This document shows positions 8,139 to 17,475 of a DNA stretch of 64,000 nucleotides, piece after piece. This DNA comes from a virus, in the IMG/VR virus record IMGVR_UViG_3300042475_001686, positions 53,493 to 117,492 of that record; one strand, 5' to 3'. Within the stretch, counting starts at the first letter, position 1; every line of letters starts with the position of its first letter. The translations under genes were made by a program, and so were the position numbers. Below the pieces are notes generated by a model that was given only the letters and a program-made list of their open reading frames with translations, was not told the origin of the DNA and ran no database searches.

Positions 8139-9608
8139 TTATTGTTTGGTAACAACAATCTTATCAAAACTACCCTGCTTAATAACCTCAATGGTTAATC
8201 CACCAAAACTTACTTTATCACCTTCATAAAGTAAAACATCTAAACTAGAATTTGACAAACTTCCATTGCATATTGTTGTTTCCATGTTATTTCTATTATT
8301 AGGAATAACAGGAACCAAAAAATCTTGACCATGTCCCAGGGTTAAATCTAAAACATAGACTAACACGCCATCCCTTGGTTTTTTTGTAGTGCAAGAAAAT
8401 TTATTAACTCTTCTTGATTCAACAATTAAGGCCTTTGTTTCTGACAGTGGAAGTATTGCTAATTTAATTCCAGAGTCTTGGCTACTAAGTGGGACCAAGT
8501 CTATTTCTACTTTAGTTATAGACTTAGAGTCTTTACAGTATACCTTTTCATCGGACATCCATCTTATCAAAAATTGAAGCCAGCCACTTAATTCTCTGGT
8601 ACTCCCGTCTTGGTTTCCCATAACATCCCAATCCCAAAAAGGAGAATACCCTGTATTTCCTCCGACATGTGGAAGTCCTATCGAATGTCCAAACTCATGT
8701 ACCCAATAATTCCAAAGTGACTTATTATCTTTCGTTTGATACTTACCAGCAATTGAAAATGATGATATACGTCCTTCGTTTGTTATATAGTCTTTAACGT
8801 GTTGCTCCCAAGGAAAGCCATTCTCTCCTTCGTTGGCAATATTTTGATTTGCAGGTAGTATGAAAATGACAGTCTGAATATTAGTAAAATCAAATGTTGG
8901 ATCTGCAGTGGCCATTGCAGTTCTAAAAAATTTAACTCCACCAGGTGTGCTATTGACTCCTTTGGTCAAAGTATAATCTGTAGATACGCCAGGTAAAGTT
9001 ATCCATTTATCTGATACTACCCATTCGACTTTAAACTTTCCCTCGCTGGTATTATAAAACCATTCAGATAACAGATTCATTTGTATATCCATGCTAGATC
9101 TAAAGTTCTTTTCTCCTGGCATATCTGAGAAATCCACGGGGATGAATGCCCATTTTACAGTTCCAGTTTTTTGGGTTAGAGGTTGTAAATTAGGAAAACC
9201 AGCCCAAGTGAAACCTCTTCTTTGGCTTGACTCTATTAACTTACAACGTTCAATGCTATCACCCGCTACAGATGGTGGTGCATATTGAACTGTAGTTTTA
9301 GTTGGTGTCGGTGTCGGAGTCGGAGTCGGTGTTGGTGTTGGAGTTGGTGTTGGAGTTGGTGTTACAGTAGGTCTTGGGGTAGGACTAACGCTTGGAACTG
9401 GTATTGGTGTAACAGTTTTTTTAACTGCCCACCTATAAAATCTACCATCTTTTAGACAAATACGATTGTTCTCAATCTTATTTACCTTTGATTTTGGGCA
9501 GGCTGCTCTGGTAATTGTATATTCACTTACATTATTTTGTGCAACTGGAGTTGGAGTTGGAGCAATTAATGATGCTATAGTTACCGCAGAAACGCATACA
9601 ACGCACAT
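8139..9608 (-). CDS. Secreted M6-like (immune inhibitor A-type) metalloprotease with Pro/Thr linker
   Basis: IPVDFSD, HEFGHSIGLPH zinc motif, WDVMG Met-turn, VESRR, GVLVY; PT-repeat stalk. Confidence 0.8.
   Translation of the reverse strand: MCVVCVSAVTIASLIAPTPTPVAQNNVSEYTITRAACPKSKVNKIENNRICLKDGRFYRWAVKKTVTPIPVPSVSPTPRPTVTPTPTPTPTPTPTPTPTPTPTKTTVQYAPPSVAGDSIERCKLIESSQRRGFTWAGFPNLQPLTQKTGTVKWAFIPVDFSDMPGEKNFRSSMDIQMNLLSEWFYNTSEGKFKVEWVVSDKWITLPGVSTDYTLTKGVNSTPGGVKFFRTAMATADPTFDFTNIQTVIFILPANQNIANEGENGFPWEQHVKDYITNEGRISSFSIAGKYQTKDNKSLWNYWVHEFGHSIGLPHVGGNTGYSPFWDWDVMGNQDGSTRELSGWLQFLIRWMSDEKVYCKDSKSITKVEIDLVPLSSQDSGIKLAILPLSETKALIVESRRVNKFSCTTKKPRDGVLVYVLDLTLGHGQDFLVPVIPNNRNNMETTICNGSLSNSSLDVLLYEGDKVSFGGLTIEVIKQGSFDKIVVTKQ
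9300..9365 (-). repeat. Coding hexamer tandem repeat encoding (TP)n
   Basis: gttggtgtcggtgtcggagtcggagtcggtgttggtgttggagttggt... Confidence 0.85.
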
Positions 9609-9609
9609 T

Positions 9610-9813
9610 TTAAATAAATATCCTTACTACATGTTCGCATGGGTCGCCTCCTGCTTCCCATTCTTCTACTTCTTCTTCACTCATATACTGATAACCACCG
9701 TCATGGGTGTGGCAATATGGATCACTAATCCAGCCTCTTTCAATGCCGTTTTGTAACCAAATACCAAACTCTTGTTCCTCTACAGACAAGCCATCTTCAT
9801 TCATATGATTCAT
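9610..9813 (-). CDS. Hypothetical acidic Cys/His protein
   Basis: WLQNGIERGWISDPYCHTHDG...GGDPCEHVVR; TATACT 6 nt upstream. Confidence 0.7.
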   Translation of the reverse strand: MNHMNEDGLSVEEQEFGIWLQNGIERGWISDPYCHTHDGGYQYMSEEEVEEWEAGGDPCEHVVRIFI

Positions 9814-9828
9814 ATATTTAGTATATAC

Positions 9829-10362
9829 CTAAATGCTTAGAATGTCAATAGGGCCTTTACAAGATGTTGAATGATTTATAGCAGCATTGACTGCAAGTAC
9901 CGCCCTTTTCCTTGCGTCTTTTTGTTTTTGTGTTGAGTATAATGAACCAAGTGCTAAATCTCCACCAGATCCCATTGCTAAATAGTCTTGTTCATATTGT
10001 GTTAGTGACATATCTGCTGCATTATGTTCATATATTTTTCCACGTACACAAATAATCATGCCGAAATCTGATGATGTTGATGTATCAACCCACCAACCTT
10101 CATAAAAATTACGTAATGCTTTTAGGAATTTGCTATACATAAACTTATCAATACTGCCACGACCTTCAAATGCTGGAGGTACAAATAAATGTCTTATTCT
10201 ATCTCCATCCATAGATCCAGCATACCCAAACATGTATCCTTCTTTTTTCCATATCTTAGGACTAGAAGATACATTAACTGTATTTTCATCTGAGATAGCA
10301 CGATCACCAGCCATCCATATTTTATTATTTACTTTATCACGAACGACTGCTATGCAAGTCAT
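9829..10362 (-). CDS. Ntn-hydrolase (HslV/proteasome beta-like) protease
   Basis: N-terminal MTCI (Thr nucleophile), MAGD, K, AMGSGG..ALGSL. Confidence 0.8.
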   Translation of the reverse strand: MTCIAVVRDKVNNKIWMAGDRAISDENTVNVSSSPKIWKKEGYMFGYAGSMDGDRIRHLFVPPAFEGRGSIDKFMYSKFLKALRNFYEGWWVDTSTSSDFGMIICVRGKIYEHNAADMSLTQYEQDYLAMGSGGDLALGSLYSTQKQKDARKRAVLAVNAAINHSTSCKGPIDILSI

Positions 10363-10418
10363 TTAAATACCCTTCTATGTTTAGAATTTAGTATAGCATT
10401 GAACTAAAAATATGTCAA

Positions 10419-11012
10419 TTAGTTGACAGTTTGTCCACATTCTGGACATGTTTTAGGTTTCTTAGCAGTCTTATTAGGCTTTGTAGGTTCATCAGATTTC
10501 TTTACTGCTGCACCGCCAAACTTTGGGCGACCAAAGCCTACTATTGAAATCAAAACATTTTTCTTATTTTTCTTATAGGCACGAAGTTGTTTGCAAACTT
10601 CTCCGCCATTTCTTTGGCTGCCCTTCTTATTGCTTGAAGTATTTCCCTCAATGCACCAGACTGTACCATCGCCGTTGTCTTCAATAACAATACCGACATG
10701 TGAAATACGGTCTACGCCATCTGATGGGAAATCAAAATAGGCAATGTCACCTGGCTCTGGATCAGCAATATCTGCATCAATCCATGCTCCTGCCTTTTTA
10801 AATGCTGCTGCACCACCTGGAGTATAAACAGTATTAGGAACTTTTACGCCTGCTTCATTTGCACACCACATAACAAATGAACCGCACCATGGTTGGAAGT
10901 TAGCCTTGGTAAACTTACCGTACTTGGTTTCATTATCTTTTGGACCTTCAATAGTTCCAACTTCGCCTTTGGCTACTTCAATTAATTTTTCTGCTGTTCC
11001 CATTTCTGCCAT
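10419..11012 (-). CDS. Endolysin, CHAP-domain amidase/peptidase
   Basis: PWCGSFVMW, PGDIAYFD, SHVGIV, IEGNTS, IVGFGRP. Confidence 0.88.
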   Translation of the reverse strand: MAEMGTAEKLIEVAKGEVGTIEGPKDNETKYGKFTKANFQPWCGSFVMWCANEAGVKVPNTVYTPGGAAAFKKAGAWIDADIADPEPGDIAYFDFPSDGVDRISHVGIVIEDNGDGTVWCIEGNTSSNKKGSQRNGGEVCKQLRAYKKNKKNVLISIVGFGRPKFGGAAVKKSDEPTKPNKTAKKPKTCPECGQTVN

Positions 11013-11014
11013 GA

Positions 11015-11458
11015 TTAATCCTTATCCCACTCTGTATCAACTGGTTGTTCTTCTGGCATTTCGCCGTCTGGTTTCTTTGCAAGTCTTGCTCTTACTTCGT
11101 CAAGTTCTGCGTCAAGTTTATCTTCTGCCATTTTAATTTCAGATTCTAACTTTTTATCTGCCTGAGTATTCTTAGCATCCATTTCTTTATTAGATAGTTG
11201 TGCGGCCATTATATCCTTTGCACCAGACTGTCCAATTAATAAACCTGCCAATGTTCCTGTTATAAATGTTGCAACTGAACCAAGAACATTGAAGAACATC
11301 TTATCATTTTCTGACTGTGCTCCTATTGGCTGAGTTACAAATATCAGAGCATATAAAATACCTAATGCTGTAAATAATAAAATTGCTCCCAATGTACAAC
11401 CAAGAATAAACTTAAGTCGTGCATCAAGATCTTGTGGTGTTAATCTTTGCTTGCTCAT
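11015..11458 (-). CDS. Two-TM membrane protein with C-terminal coiled coil
   Basis: Two hydrophobic helices; adjacent to the endolysin. Confidence 0.7.
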   Translation of the reverse strand: MSKQRLTPQDLDARLKFILGCTLGAILLFTALGILYALIFVTQPIGAQSENDKMFFNVLGSVATFITGTLAGLLIGQSGAKDIMAAQLSNKEMDAKNTQADKKLESEIKMAEDKLDAELDEVRARLAKKPDGEMPEEQPVDTEWDKD

Positions 11459-11661
11459 TTATTGCCTTTCGTTTTCTGATACTCATCCCAAGCATCTTGT
11501 CCAATTATATCTCTTGTGCATGTGCCAGATGTCTCGCAAACAGGAGGGTTGCATTCTTTAGCATCCCAATTTGCTGGATCCTGACAAGGATAGCGATAGT
11601 GACCGTCATACCCGCAGCCACTAAGACCTAATACAAGTATACACGATAGTAAAATCTTCAT
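11455..11661 (-). CDS. Small Cys-rich lipoprotein
   Basis: Lipobox LSGC after hydrophobic stretch; four further Cys (RYPCQDPANW...C.PP.C...GTC). Confidence 0.75.
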   Translation of the reverse strand: MKILLSCILVLGLSGCGYDGHYRYPCQDPANWDAKECNPPVCETSGTCTRDIIGQDAWDEYQKTKGNK

Positions 11662-11678
11662 GTCTATATTATACCAAG

Positions 11679-11888
11679 TTATTCTTTCTCTTCACGAAGC
11701 GGGATGGTGATAAGCCATAGGGCTATTGATATTAATGTGGCTACCCCCACGACCTGCTGGGCGGTACCTGTAAGGGTAAGCCAAGCAATAAAGAAGCCAA
11801 GGATGGTAAATACTTGGGCTATACTCTCAATAATAGCAGCCTTAAACCACTTAAAGAGTCCTTTAACTACCTTCTTAATCATGTTCAT
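11679..11888 (-). CDS. Small two-TM membrane protein
   Basis: Hydrophobic 69 aa ORF. Confidence 0.7.
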   Translation of the reverse strand: MNMIKKVVKGLFKWFKAAIIESIAQVFTILGFFIAWLTLTGTAQQVVGVATLISIALWLITIPLREEKE

Positions 11889-11889
11889 A

Positions 11890-13533
11890 TTATAACCTCC
11901 TTAGTGACATAACTGAACTAACTATATTTCCTACCAAAATAACAGGGATCACAACCTCTTGAACTTTTTCTCTCTGATCATCTGTCATATCTTTACCCCA
12001 TTCTGAAGGGCTAAATACTTTTTCAAAATCTATATCTGTCAATACGCCAAGCGGATCTGCTAAGAATGCCTCTGTTTGTATTTCTGTTACAGCATCTGCT
12101 AATGTATATGGCATGGGAGCATCTTCATTTTGTGCTGCCTTTTCAGCAAATTGAACTACGGCTGCTGCTACTGCAGGATTTTCTTTTGCTACCTCTGCAA
12201 TAAGAGCAACCTCTTCTGCCTTAATGCCAAGATCTTCTGCAAATTCTTTCTTTTCTTCTGGATTCAATTCAGTTAAAAAGTTTGATACTGCTGCCATTAA
12301 TTTAGAATCATTAACACTAATTAGTTTATTTAACTTCTTAAGTTCCTTGTCCGAAATAGGACTGCTATCCGTGTTATCATTATCTGGTGCTACTACAGGA
12401 TCTTCGTCAACAGGTTGCTCAGGTTCAGGCTCTGGAGTTGGATCTGTATCCGTTGGCTGAGGTGAAGGCTCTTCTGAAGGCTCTGGAGTTGGATCAGTCT
12501 CTTCGTTCCCCTCATCTGTGGTATCAGGGTTTGGAGAAGGAGTGGGGTCTTCTGGTTCAGTTTGCTCGTCATCATCAGGGAATCTTGGATCCTCTGGAGT
12601 AATTATTTCTGGATCAACCTCAACATCAGGTTCAGGTAAATCTGGTTCATTTGTAGACTCAGGACTTGGGTCTGGAGTTGGCTCAATGTCCAAAGGTAGT
12701 TCTGGATCTGGTTCACTAAATTCTTCACCGTTTATGGAAGCAATAAGATTATTTAAATCTGATATTTCTTCAGCCAACTGAACTGCCTCTGCTACCTGCT
12801 CTTGCTGTTCTTCAGGCGTTATAGGGGCTTCTGTGGGCGTTGGAGAGGGTTCTGGAGACGGCTGCTGAGTAGGTGTAGGAGAAGGCTCTGGAATAGGTTC
12901 TGCCTGCAATGTAGGGGCAGGTGCATTAGGAGAAACCTGTGTGGCACCCCAGGCCTCAAGAGAAACAATATCTCCATTATGAAGCCTTACCCCTGTTCTA
13001 AGATTTTGATATTCAGGACCTTGATAACTATAGGACACCGCTAAACCGCCAGTATTAGTAATAGCCACTAAGATATTTACTGTACTTGGTTGTGCCCCAT
13101 AGTTACCGAATGGGACCATATTTAGATTTAATTGAAATCCGCCCTCTGAATAATATATATCCAAACCAGATGTATTGCTTACTCCTGGAAACCAGTCCAT
13201 TGAATATAAGGAGATAGATGGTGTAGATGGATAGGTATGAAATGTACCGTCAGGTTGTCCAAATGTAATTACTGAGTTAGTTGTAGCGTAAATGTTTTCA
13301 TATTGTACCCCGTCAAAAGTCACGGTAGTTGCGATTGGTATTTGATAAGATATGTCGTCACCTGAGCAAGTATCCATATGATGCACTGTAGGTTCGGCAT
13401 CGCCTTCATATGCTGCTGCTATGGTTTGTGATTGTATAAAGTTTACGCAGGTTGCGTTAGCGTTTTCTGGAAGCCATAAGTTGAATCCGAAGGCTAATAA
13501 AGTTGCTGTTAATATTCTGGTTAATCTTTTAAT
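11890..13533 (-). CDS. Secreted Pro/Glu-rich protein with C-terminal membrane anchor; probable ATT start
   Basis: Frame stays open upstream of the track start (13386) to ATT 13533, adding (M)KRLTRILTATLLAFGFNLWLPENANA signal peptide; long PEP/TP stalk; C-terminal VVIPVILVGNIVSSVMSLRRL. Confidence 0.75.
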   Translation of the reverse strand: MKRLTRILTATLLAFGFNLWLPENANATCVNFIQSQTIAAAYEGDAEPTVHHMDTCSGDDISYQIPIATTVTFDGVQYENIYATTNSVITFGQPDGTFHTYPSTPSISLYSMDWFPGVSNTSGLDIYYSEGGFQLNLNMVPFGNYGAQPSTVNILVAITNTGGLAVSYSYQGPEYQNLRTGVRLHNGDIVSLEAWGATQVSPNAPAPTLQAEPIPEPSPTPTQQPSPEPSPTPTEAPITPEEQQEQVAEAVQLAEEISDLNNLIASINGEEFSEPDPELPLDIEPTPDPSPESTNEPDLPEPDVEVDPEIITPEDPRFPDDDEQTEPEDPTPSPNPDTTDEGNEETDPTPEPSEEPSPQPTDTDPTPEPEPEQPVDEDPVVAPDNDNTDSSPISDKELKKLNKLISVNDSKLMAAVSNFLTELNPEEKKEFAEDLGIKAEEVALIAEVAKENPAVAAAVVQFAEKAAQNEDAPMPYTLADAVTEIQTEAFLADPLGVLTDIDFEKVFSPSEWGKDMTDDQREKVQEVVIPVILVGNIVSSVMSLRRL

Positions 13534-13581
13534 TGTCCTTTCTTCCTCCAGATTTAATAAGACTATTATAGCATTTTATTT

Positions 13582-13613
13582 AAAAAGAAAAGGGAGCCAG
13601 TTTCCTGACTCCC
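13582..13613 (-). terminator. Rho-independent terminator
   Basis: Minus strand GGGAGTCAG-GAAA-CTGGCTCCC followed by TTTTCTTTTT. Confidence 0.85.
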
Positions 13614-13632
13614 AAATCTTTTAATTTGTTAA

Positions 13633-14793
13633 TTACTTAACAAGAGTAACCTTTGCCTTTGGATTCTTTGCGTTCCACTTCTTGGCAAGATCATTGAATG
13701 CCTTCTTCATTGCAGCGATAGCAGCAGTATTCTCTGCCTTTACCTTTGCTAGTTCAGCATCAGAAGCAACCTTTGCAGCAGCGAGTGCATCTGCAACAGC
13801 CTTATCTGCAGCAACCTTAGCGGTTACAGCATCAGCCTTCAACTTAGCAATTTCAGCAGCAGCAGTGATAGCAGCAGCATCAGCAGCAGCCTTAGCAGCA
13901 ACTGCATCAGAAGCAGCCTTTGCTACAGCAGCAGCGAGTGCAGCATCTGCAGTCACCTTATCAGCAGCACGAGCAGCCTTTTCTGCAGCGAGTGCAGCGT
14001 TAGCAGTAGCAAGTGCTCCAGCAAGATCAGATACTGTTACGATTGCAGTCTGAGAAGTTGTTGCCAACTTAATTGTTGGAACAGATGTTGGGGCAACAAT
14101 AGATGCTCCAACAGCAACGGTTCCAGCAGTTGCAGGAAGTGAGATCTCTGATGTGTAACGACCTGTTACAAGAGCATCAGCAGTTACTGTTCCAGCAGTT
14201 GCGCCACCAAGAGTGGTAACAGTTACTGTATCAGCAACAGCGTTGCCGAAAATATCTGCTACATCAAGAGTTGCAGTTACCTTGCCAGAAATATTTCCTG
14301 AAGCAGGGATTGACATCTTAAGATCGTATGCAGGACCTGCAACACCCTTAAGATAGATTGTTGTTGCTGCACCAGTTACAGAAATTGTAACAGCAGAAGC
14401 AGCAGTACTTGTTGTATATGCATATACAGTCGCTGTTGTTGAAGCAGGCGTTACTGTAATTGATGATGATCCAGCAGATGCATTTACTGTTGAACCAATT
14501 GCAGATACGAGGCGTGTGTTAGCACCTACTGCAGTAAATGTTACTGGTGTTCCAGCAACTACTGTAGCGGTGATAAGAAGTGCTTCGTTGTTTGTTGCAG
14601 TTGTGGTATCTGCAACGCTTACTACGTTGTCAGAAGGAACCTTTACTGTGAATGGTGAGGCTGCTGTACCAGAACCAGATACTTCAGTTGTTACGTCTAC
14701 TGAAACGGTATTGGCACTTGCAGGTGTCACTACGAGTGTGCTCGATGCCAAGGCTGCAACCATGACAAGGGCGATCTTCTTAAATGAATTCAT
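13633..14793 (-). CDS. Secreted Ala/Thr/Val-rich surface (S-layer-like) protein
   Basis: Start ATG 14793 with SD AAGGAG; signal peptide MNSFKKIALVMVAALASSTLVVTPASA; beta-rich body; Ala-rich coiled-coil C-terminus; biased codon use. Confidence 0.7.
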   Translation of the reverse strand: MNSFKKIALVMVAALASSTLVVTPASANTVSVDVTTEVSGSGTAASPFTVKVPSDNVVSVADTTTATNNEALLITATVVAGTPVTFTAVGANTRLVSAIGSTVNASAGSSSITVTPASTTATVYAYTTSTAASAVTISVTGAATTIYLKGVAGPAYDLKMSIPASGNISGKVTATLDVADIFGNAVADTVTVTTLGGATAGTVTADALVTGRYTSEISLPATAGTVAVGASIVAPTSVPTIKLATTSQTAIVTVSDLAGALATANAALAAEKAARAADKVTADAALAAAVAKAASDAVAAKAAADAAAITAAAEIAKLKADAVTAKVAADKAVADALAAAKVASDAELAKVKAENTAAIAAMKKAFNDLAKKWNAKNPKAKVTLVK

Positions 14794-14821
14794 TTTTCTC
14801 CTTTTATTATTCATTTTGTTT

Positions 14822-16606
14822 TTATATTGTTTTTAATCTATCCAAATAGTCTTGAATCTCTTCTATTTGACTAGGTTTATATTGTATCACGTTCTCAGGG
14901 AGCGTGTCAACTCTACGAGGCTGTCCACGGAAGGTATGGATGTCTACTTCAAGGTTTTGGTCCCTTGGTGTATAGGATATCGCACCAAAGATAGAACCGC
15001 AAACTGCGTCTGCAAGGTCTTTAGATTTTTTGCGAGGGTGGTCTACCTTATCATTTTTCATAATCTTAAGTTCTGTTAATTCTTCGAACAAGAGTTCAAC
15101 AGCAGGCATTACCAATCTTTGCTCATATACAAGCATTGCCATATCTTCATAATGCTTTTTTGCTACAGATACTGTCTCCGTTCTAATGCCTACCGCCTGT
15201 AATTCATTTTGAATATCAAATGACTGCCATCGGTCAAACGTGACTAGCCCTATGTTAAAACCAAGTCTACGTAAATTTTGTATCCATTGTTTTACCTCAG
15301 ATAGGTTTACTGGACCCTCTACCTTTGGCTCCCACCATGCTACGGCATCAACAACAACTATAGGAGATATTTGTTCGTAATCCTTAATGACCTGAACATT
15401 TACCCATTTCTCAACGTGTGCAATTGCTACAGCACACTTGTCATGCTTTTGTGCAAGGTCAGCATGAACATAATAAACTTTATCTGGGTCTGGCTTAAAG
15501 TTTTCTTCAAATCTTCTGAATTGATCCAGAGGATTTCTAATCGTCATACAAGCACGAACCTTATCTGCTTGCTTAAAAAATGCGTCAGAGGCATAAGTAG
15601 GAACACAGGCAAAACGCATCATAGCATCTCCAAGATCTGTCATAAAAGCAATCTTAAAATCATCTATTTTACGAGTAGGATTGACTTCCCATGTCGGACG
15701 CTTGAGTGCAAACACTCCAGGATATTTATATGACTTAATGTGATCTTCATCCCAGGATATCTCAAACCAATTATCTTTATCATCTTCTGGTAACAGTGGA
15801 TTAATTATAAACTTATGATTCTTTGATACAACTTCTTTGTCAGCAATTACTGCTTCATACCGCTCAGAAATAAAGTCTCCGTTATAACGTGGGAATGAAA
15901 GAAGAACCACCTTGCCAAGATCGGGGAAACGAGAGTCTACAGAACCACGGAACGCTTTATAGATATTATCAGCAGTCTTTCCTTGTTCATTTCCTGTTGC
16001 AACCTCAGAAGCAAAACCAGAAATCTCATCAAGAACTGCAAGCAAAAGATTTAAACCCTCATGAGACTCACGCTCAGAGTGTCCAGAATAAACTGTAATA
16101 GATTTATCAAAACCGATTGAGTCTACCTTTGCCTCATACTTGCCAGCAAACCAAGGCGACTTTTCAATCTTAGTTTTAAAGCCTTTAAAGAAAACATTCT
16201 TAGCCTGTTGTGCGTTAATAGCAACGTTGATAAGATCTATTGCATCTCCACTTGGTTTTCCGAAATATCTTGCAGGGTCTTTGAGACATAATAACTTATA
16301 TACAATATAAGCACAAGCAACAGTAGAGGTAAAGTCCTTCCCACTGCCCTTCCCAAGTTGAAGAATAATTTCGTTCTTTGTGTATTTTTCATAATATCTT
16401 GCACCTTCCTCTTCGCCCATAATATTCTGAAGATCTTCTTTACGATAAATCTGACTCATAGCCTCAACAATGTCATATTGAATTGTCGACAGTCCTGGCT
16501 GCCCTAAATAATCTGGGGACTCAACAAAAGTTTTTGCATCTACTGGAGTTTCTTCAAAATGATTATCTTTTAATGCCTCAAGAAAATCATCAAACATCAT
16601 GGACAA
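14822..16606 (-). CDS. terL: Terminase large subunit
   Basis: LGKGSGKD Walker A, LDEISGF Walker B, HADLA and FDRWQS RNase H-like nuclease motifs, DHP...SKDLADA. Confidence 0.9.
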   Translation of the reverse strand: MSMMFDDFLEALKDNHFEETPVDAKTFVESPDYLGQPGLSTIQYDIVEAMSQIYRKEDLQNIMGEEEGARYYEKYTKNEIILQLGKGSGKDFTSTVACAYIVYKLLCLKDPARYFGKPSGDAIDLINVAINAQQAKNVFFKGFKTKIEKSPWFAGKYEAKVDSIGFDKSITVYSGHSERESHEGLNLLLAVLDEISGFASEVATGNEQGKTADNIYKAFRGSVDSRFPDLGKVVLLSFPRYNGDFISERYEAVIADKEVVSKNHKFIINPLLPEDDKDNWFEISWDEDHIKSYKYPGVFALKRPTWEVNPTRKIDDFKIAFMTDLGDAMMRFACVPTYASDAFFKQADKVRACMTIRNPLDQFRRFEENFKPDPDKVYYVHADLAQKHDKCAVAIAHVEKWVNVQVIKDYEQISPIVVVDAVAWWEPKVEGPVNLSEVKQWIQNLRRLGFNIGLVTFDRWQSFDIQNELQAVGIRTETVSVAKKHYEDMAMLVYEQRLVMPAVELLFEELTELKIMKNDKVDHPRKKSKDLADAVCGSIFGAISYTPRDQNLEVDIHTFRGQPRRVDTLPENVIQYKPSQIEEIQDYLDRLKTI

Positions 16607-17123
16607 TTGTAATCACTTCATCTTTCTTGGCAACTTCTGAAAGTCTACGCATAATCTCATCACGAATCTGTGGGTATTCTGAAGCAATGTCACGAAGGAT
16701 AGCCATCAAAACATCTTGTTTCTTTTCTATCTGTAACATTTCTTCTGCCAGTTCTTTATTTTCTAACAAGCCTGCTTTCTGCAACATATCAATTCTTTTT
16801 GACTCAATATCCATAACAAGTTTAATTGCTTGTGTTTTTGCTCCAAGGTTATTTGTCAGAGATGCCTCATCAATTACCTCATAAGACTTTGCAATTAATT
16901 TATTATAATGTGTATCCGCAACTGCGAGAGCCTCTTTTGCACGAGCACGAATAGCATCATTGGCTGATGCCATTACTTTCCACTCATTTATGTGTTGAAC
17001 TACACGAGTTCTTGGAATAGCAAGATCTTTTGAAATTTTTGTTGCATCATTACCTTTTAGGTATTCTCCTACAACTGTATTAATTTCGTCAAGATGCTTA
17101 ATTAAATCTTCTTCAGTCGACAA
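16590..17123 (-). CDS. Probable terminase small subunit
   Basis: N-terminal HTH-like segment plus helical body directly upstream of terL. Confidence 0.6.
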   Translation of the reverse strand: MSTEEDLIKHLDEINTVVGEYLKGNDATKISKDLAIPRTRVVQHINEWKVMASANDAIRARAKEALAVADTHYNKLIAKSYEVIDEASLTNNLGAKTQAIKLVMDIESKRIDMLQKAGLLENKELAEEMLQIEKKQDVLMAILRDIASEYPQIRDEIMRRLSEVAKKDEVITIVHDV

Positions 17124-17475
17124 GTCCGTAGTCCTCCTGATATCCTAACTCTTTTGCTTTTGCTATTTTAAGCAAAACAAGATAACCAATTAAATCATCA
17201 ATATCGTTATCGCCAACATATGATGTACCACGCATTATTCTGCTTAACTTATCATCAATCCTAACATGCAACTGTTCTCTTGCGTCCGCCTTACTAAAAA
17301 TACGAACAGGCTCTAATGCTGAATTTCCATATGCTATATTTTTCTTAATTAGCATGTGTGCTATTTCATGGCATGACTCCCATATTTCTTTACCAGCAGA
17401 TGTGCCTGCTGTTAATAGGTATAGATCTTCACACTTAAAACGACTCATGTCATTAAATACTGGATTCAAACTCAT
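17113..17475 (-). CDS. Nucleotide-modification-associated domain (DUF1599/Nmad1-like) protein
   Basis: KKNIAYGNS...RIDDKLSRI...DDLIGYLVL. Confidence 0.75.
   Translation of the reverse strand: MSLNPVFNDMSRFKCEDLYLLTAGTSAGKEIWESCHEIAHMLIKKNIAYGNSALEPVRIFSKADAREQLHVRIDDKLSRIMRGTSYVGDNDIDDLIGYLVLLKIAKAKELGYQEDYGLVD

Noticed and set aside
13780-14020. gcagca-rich repeats as a non-coding repeat element
   Set aside because: Explained by Ala codons in the coiled-coil tail of the surface protein
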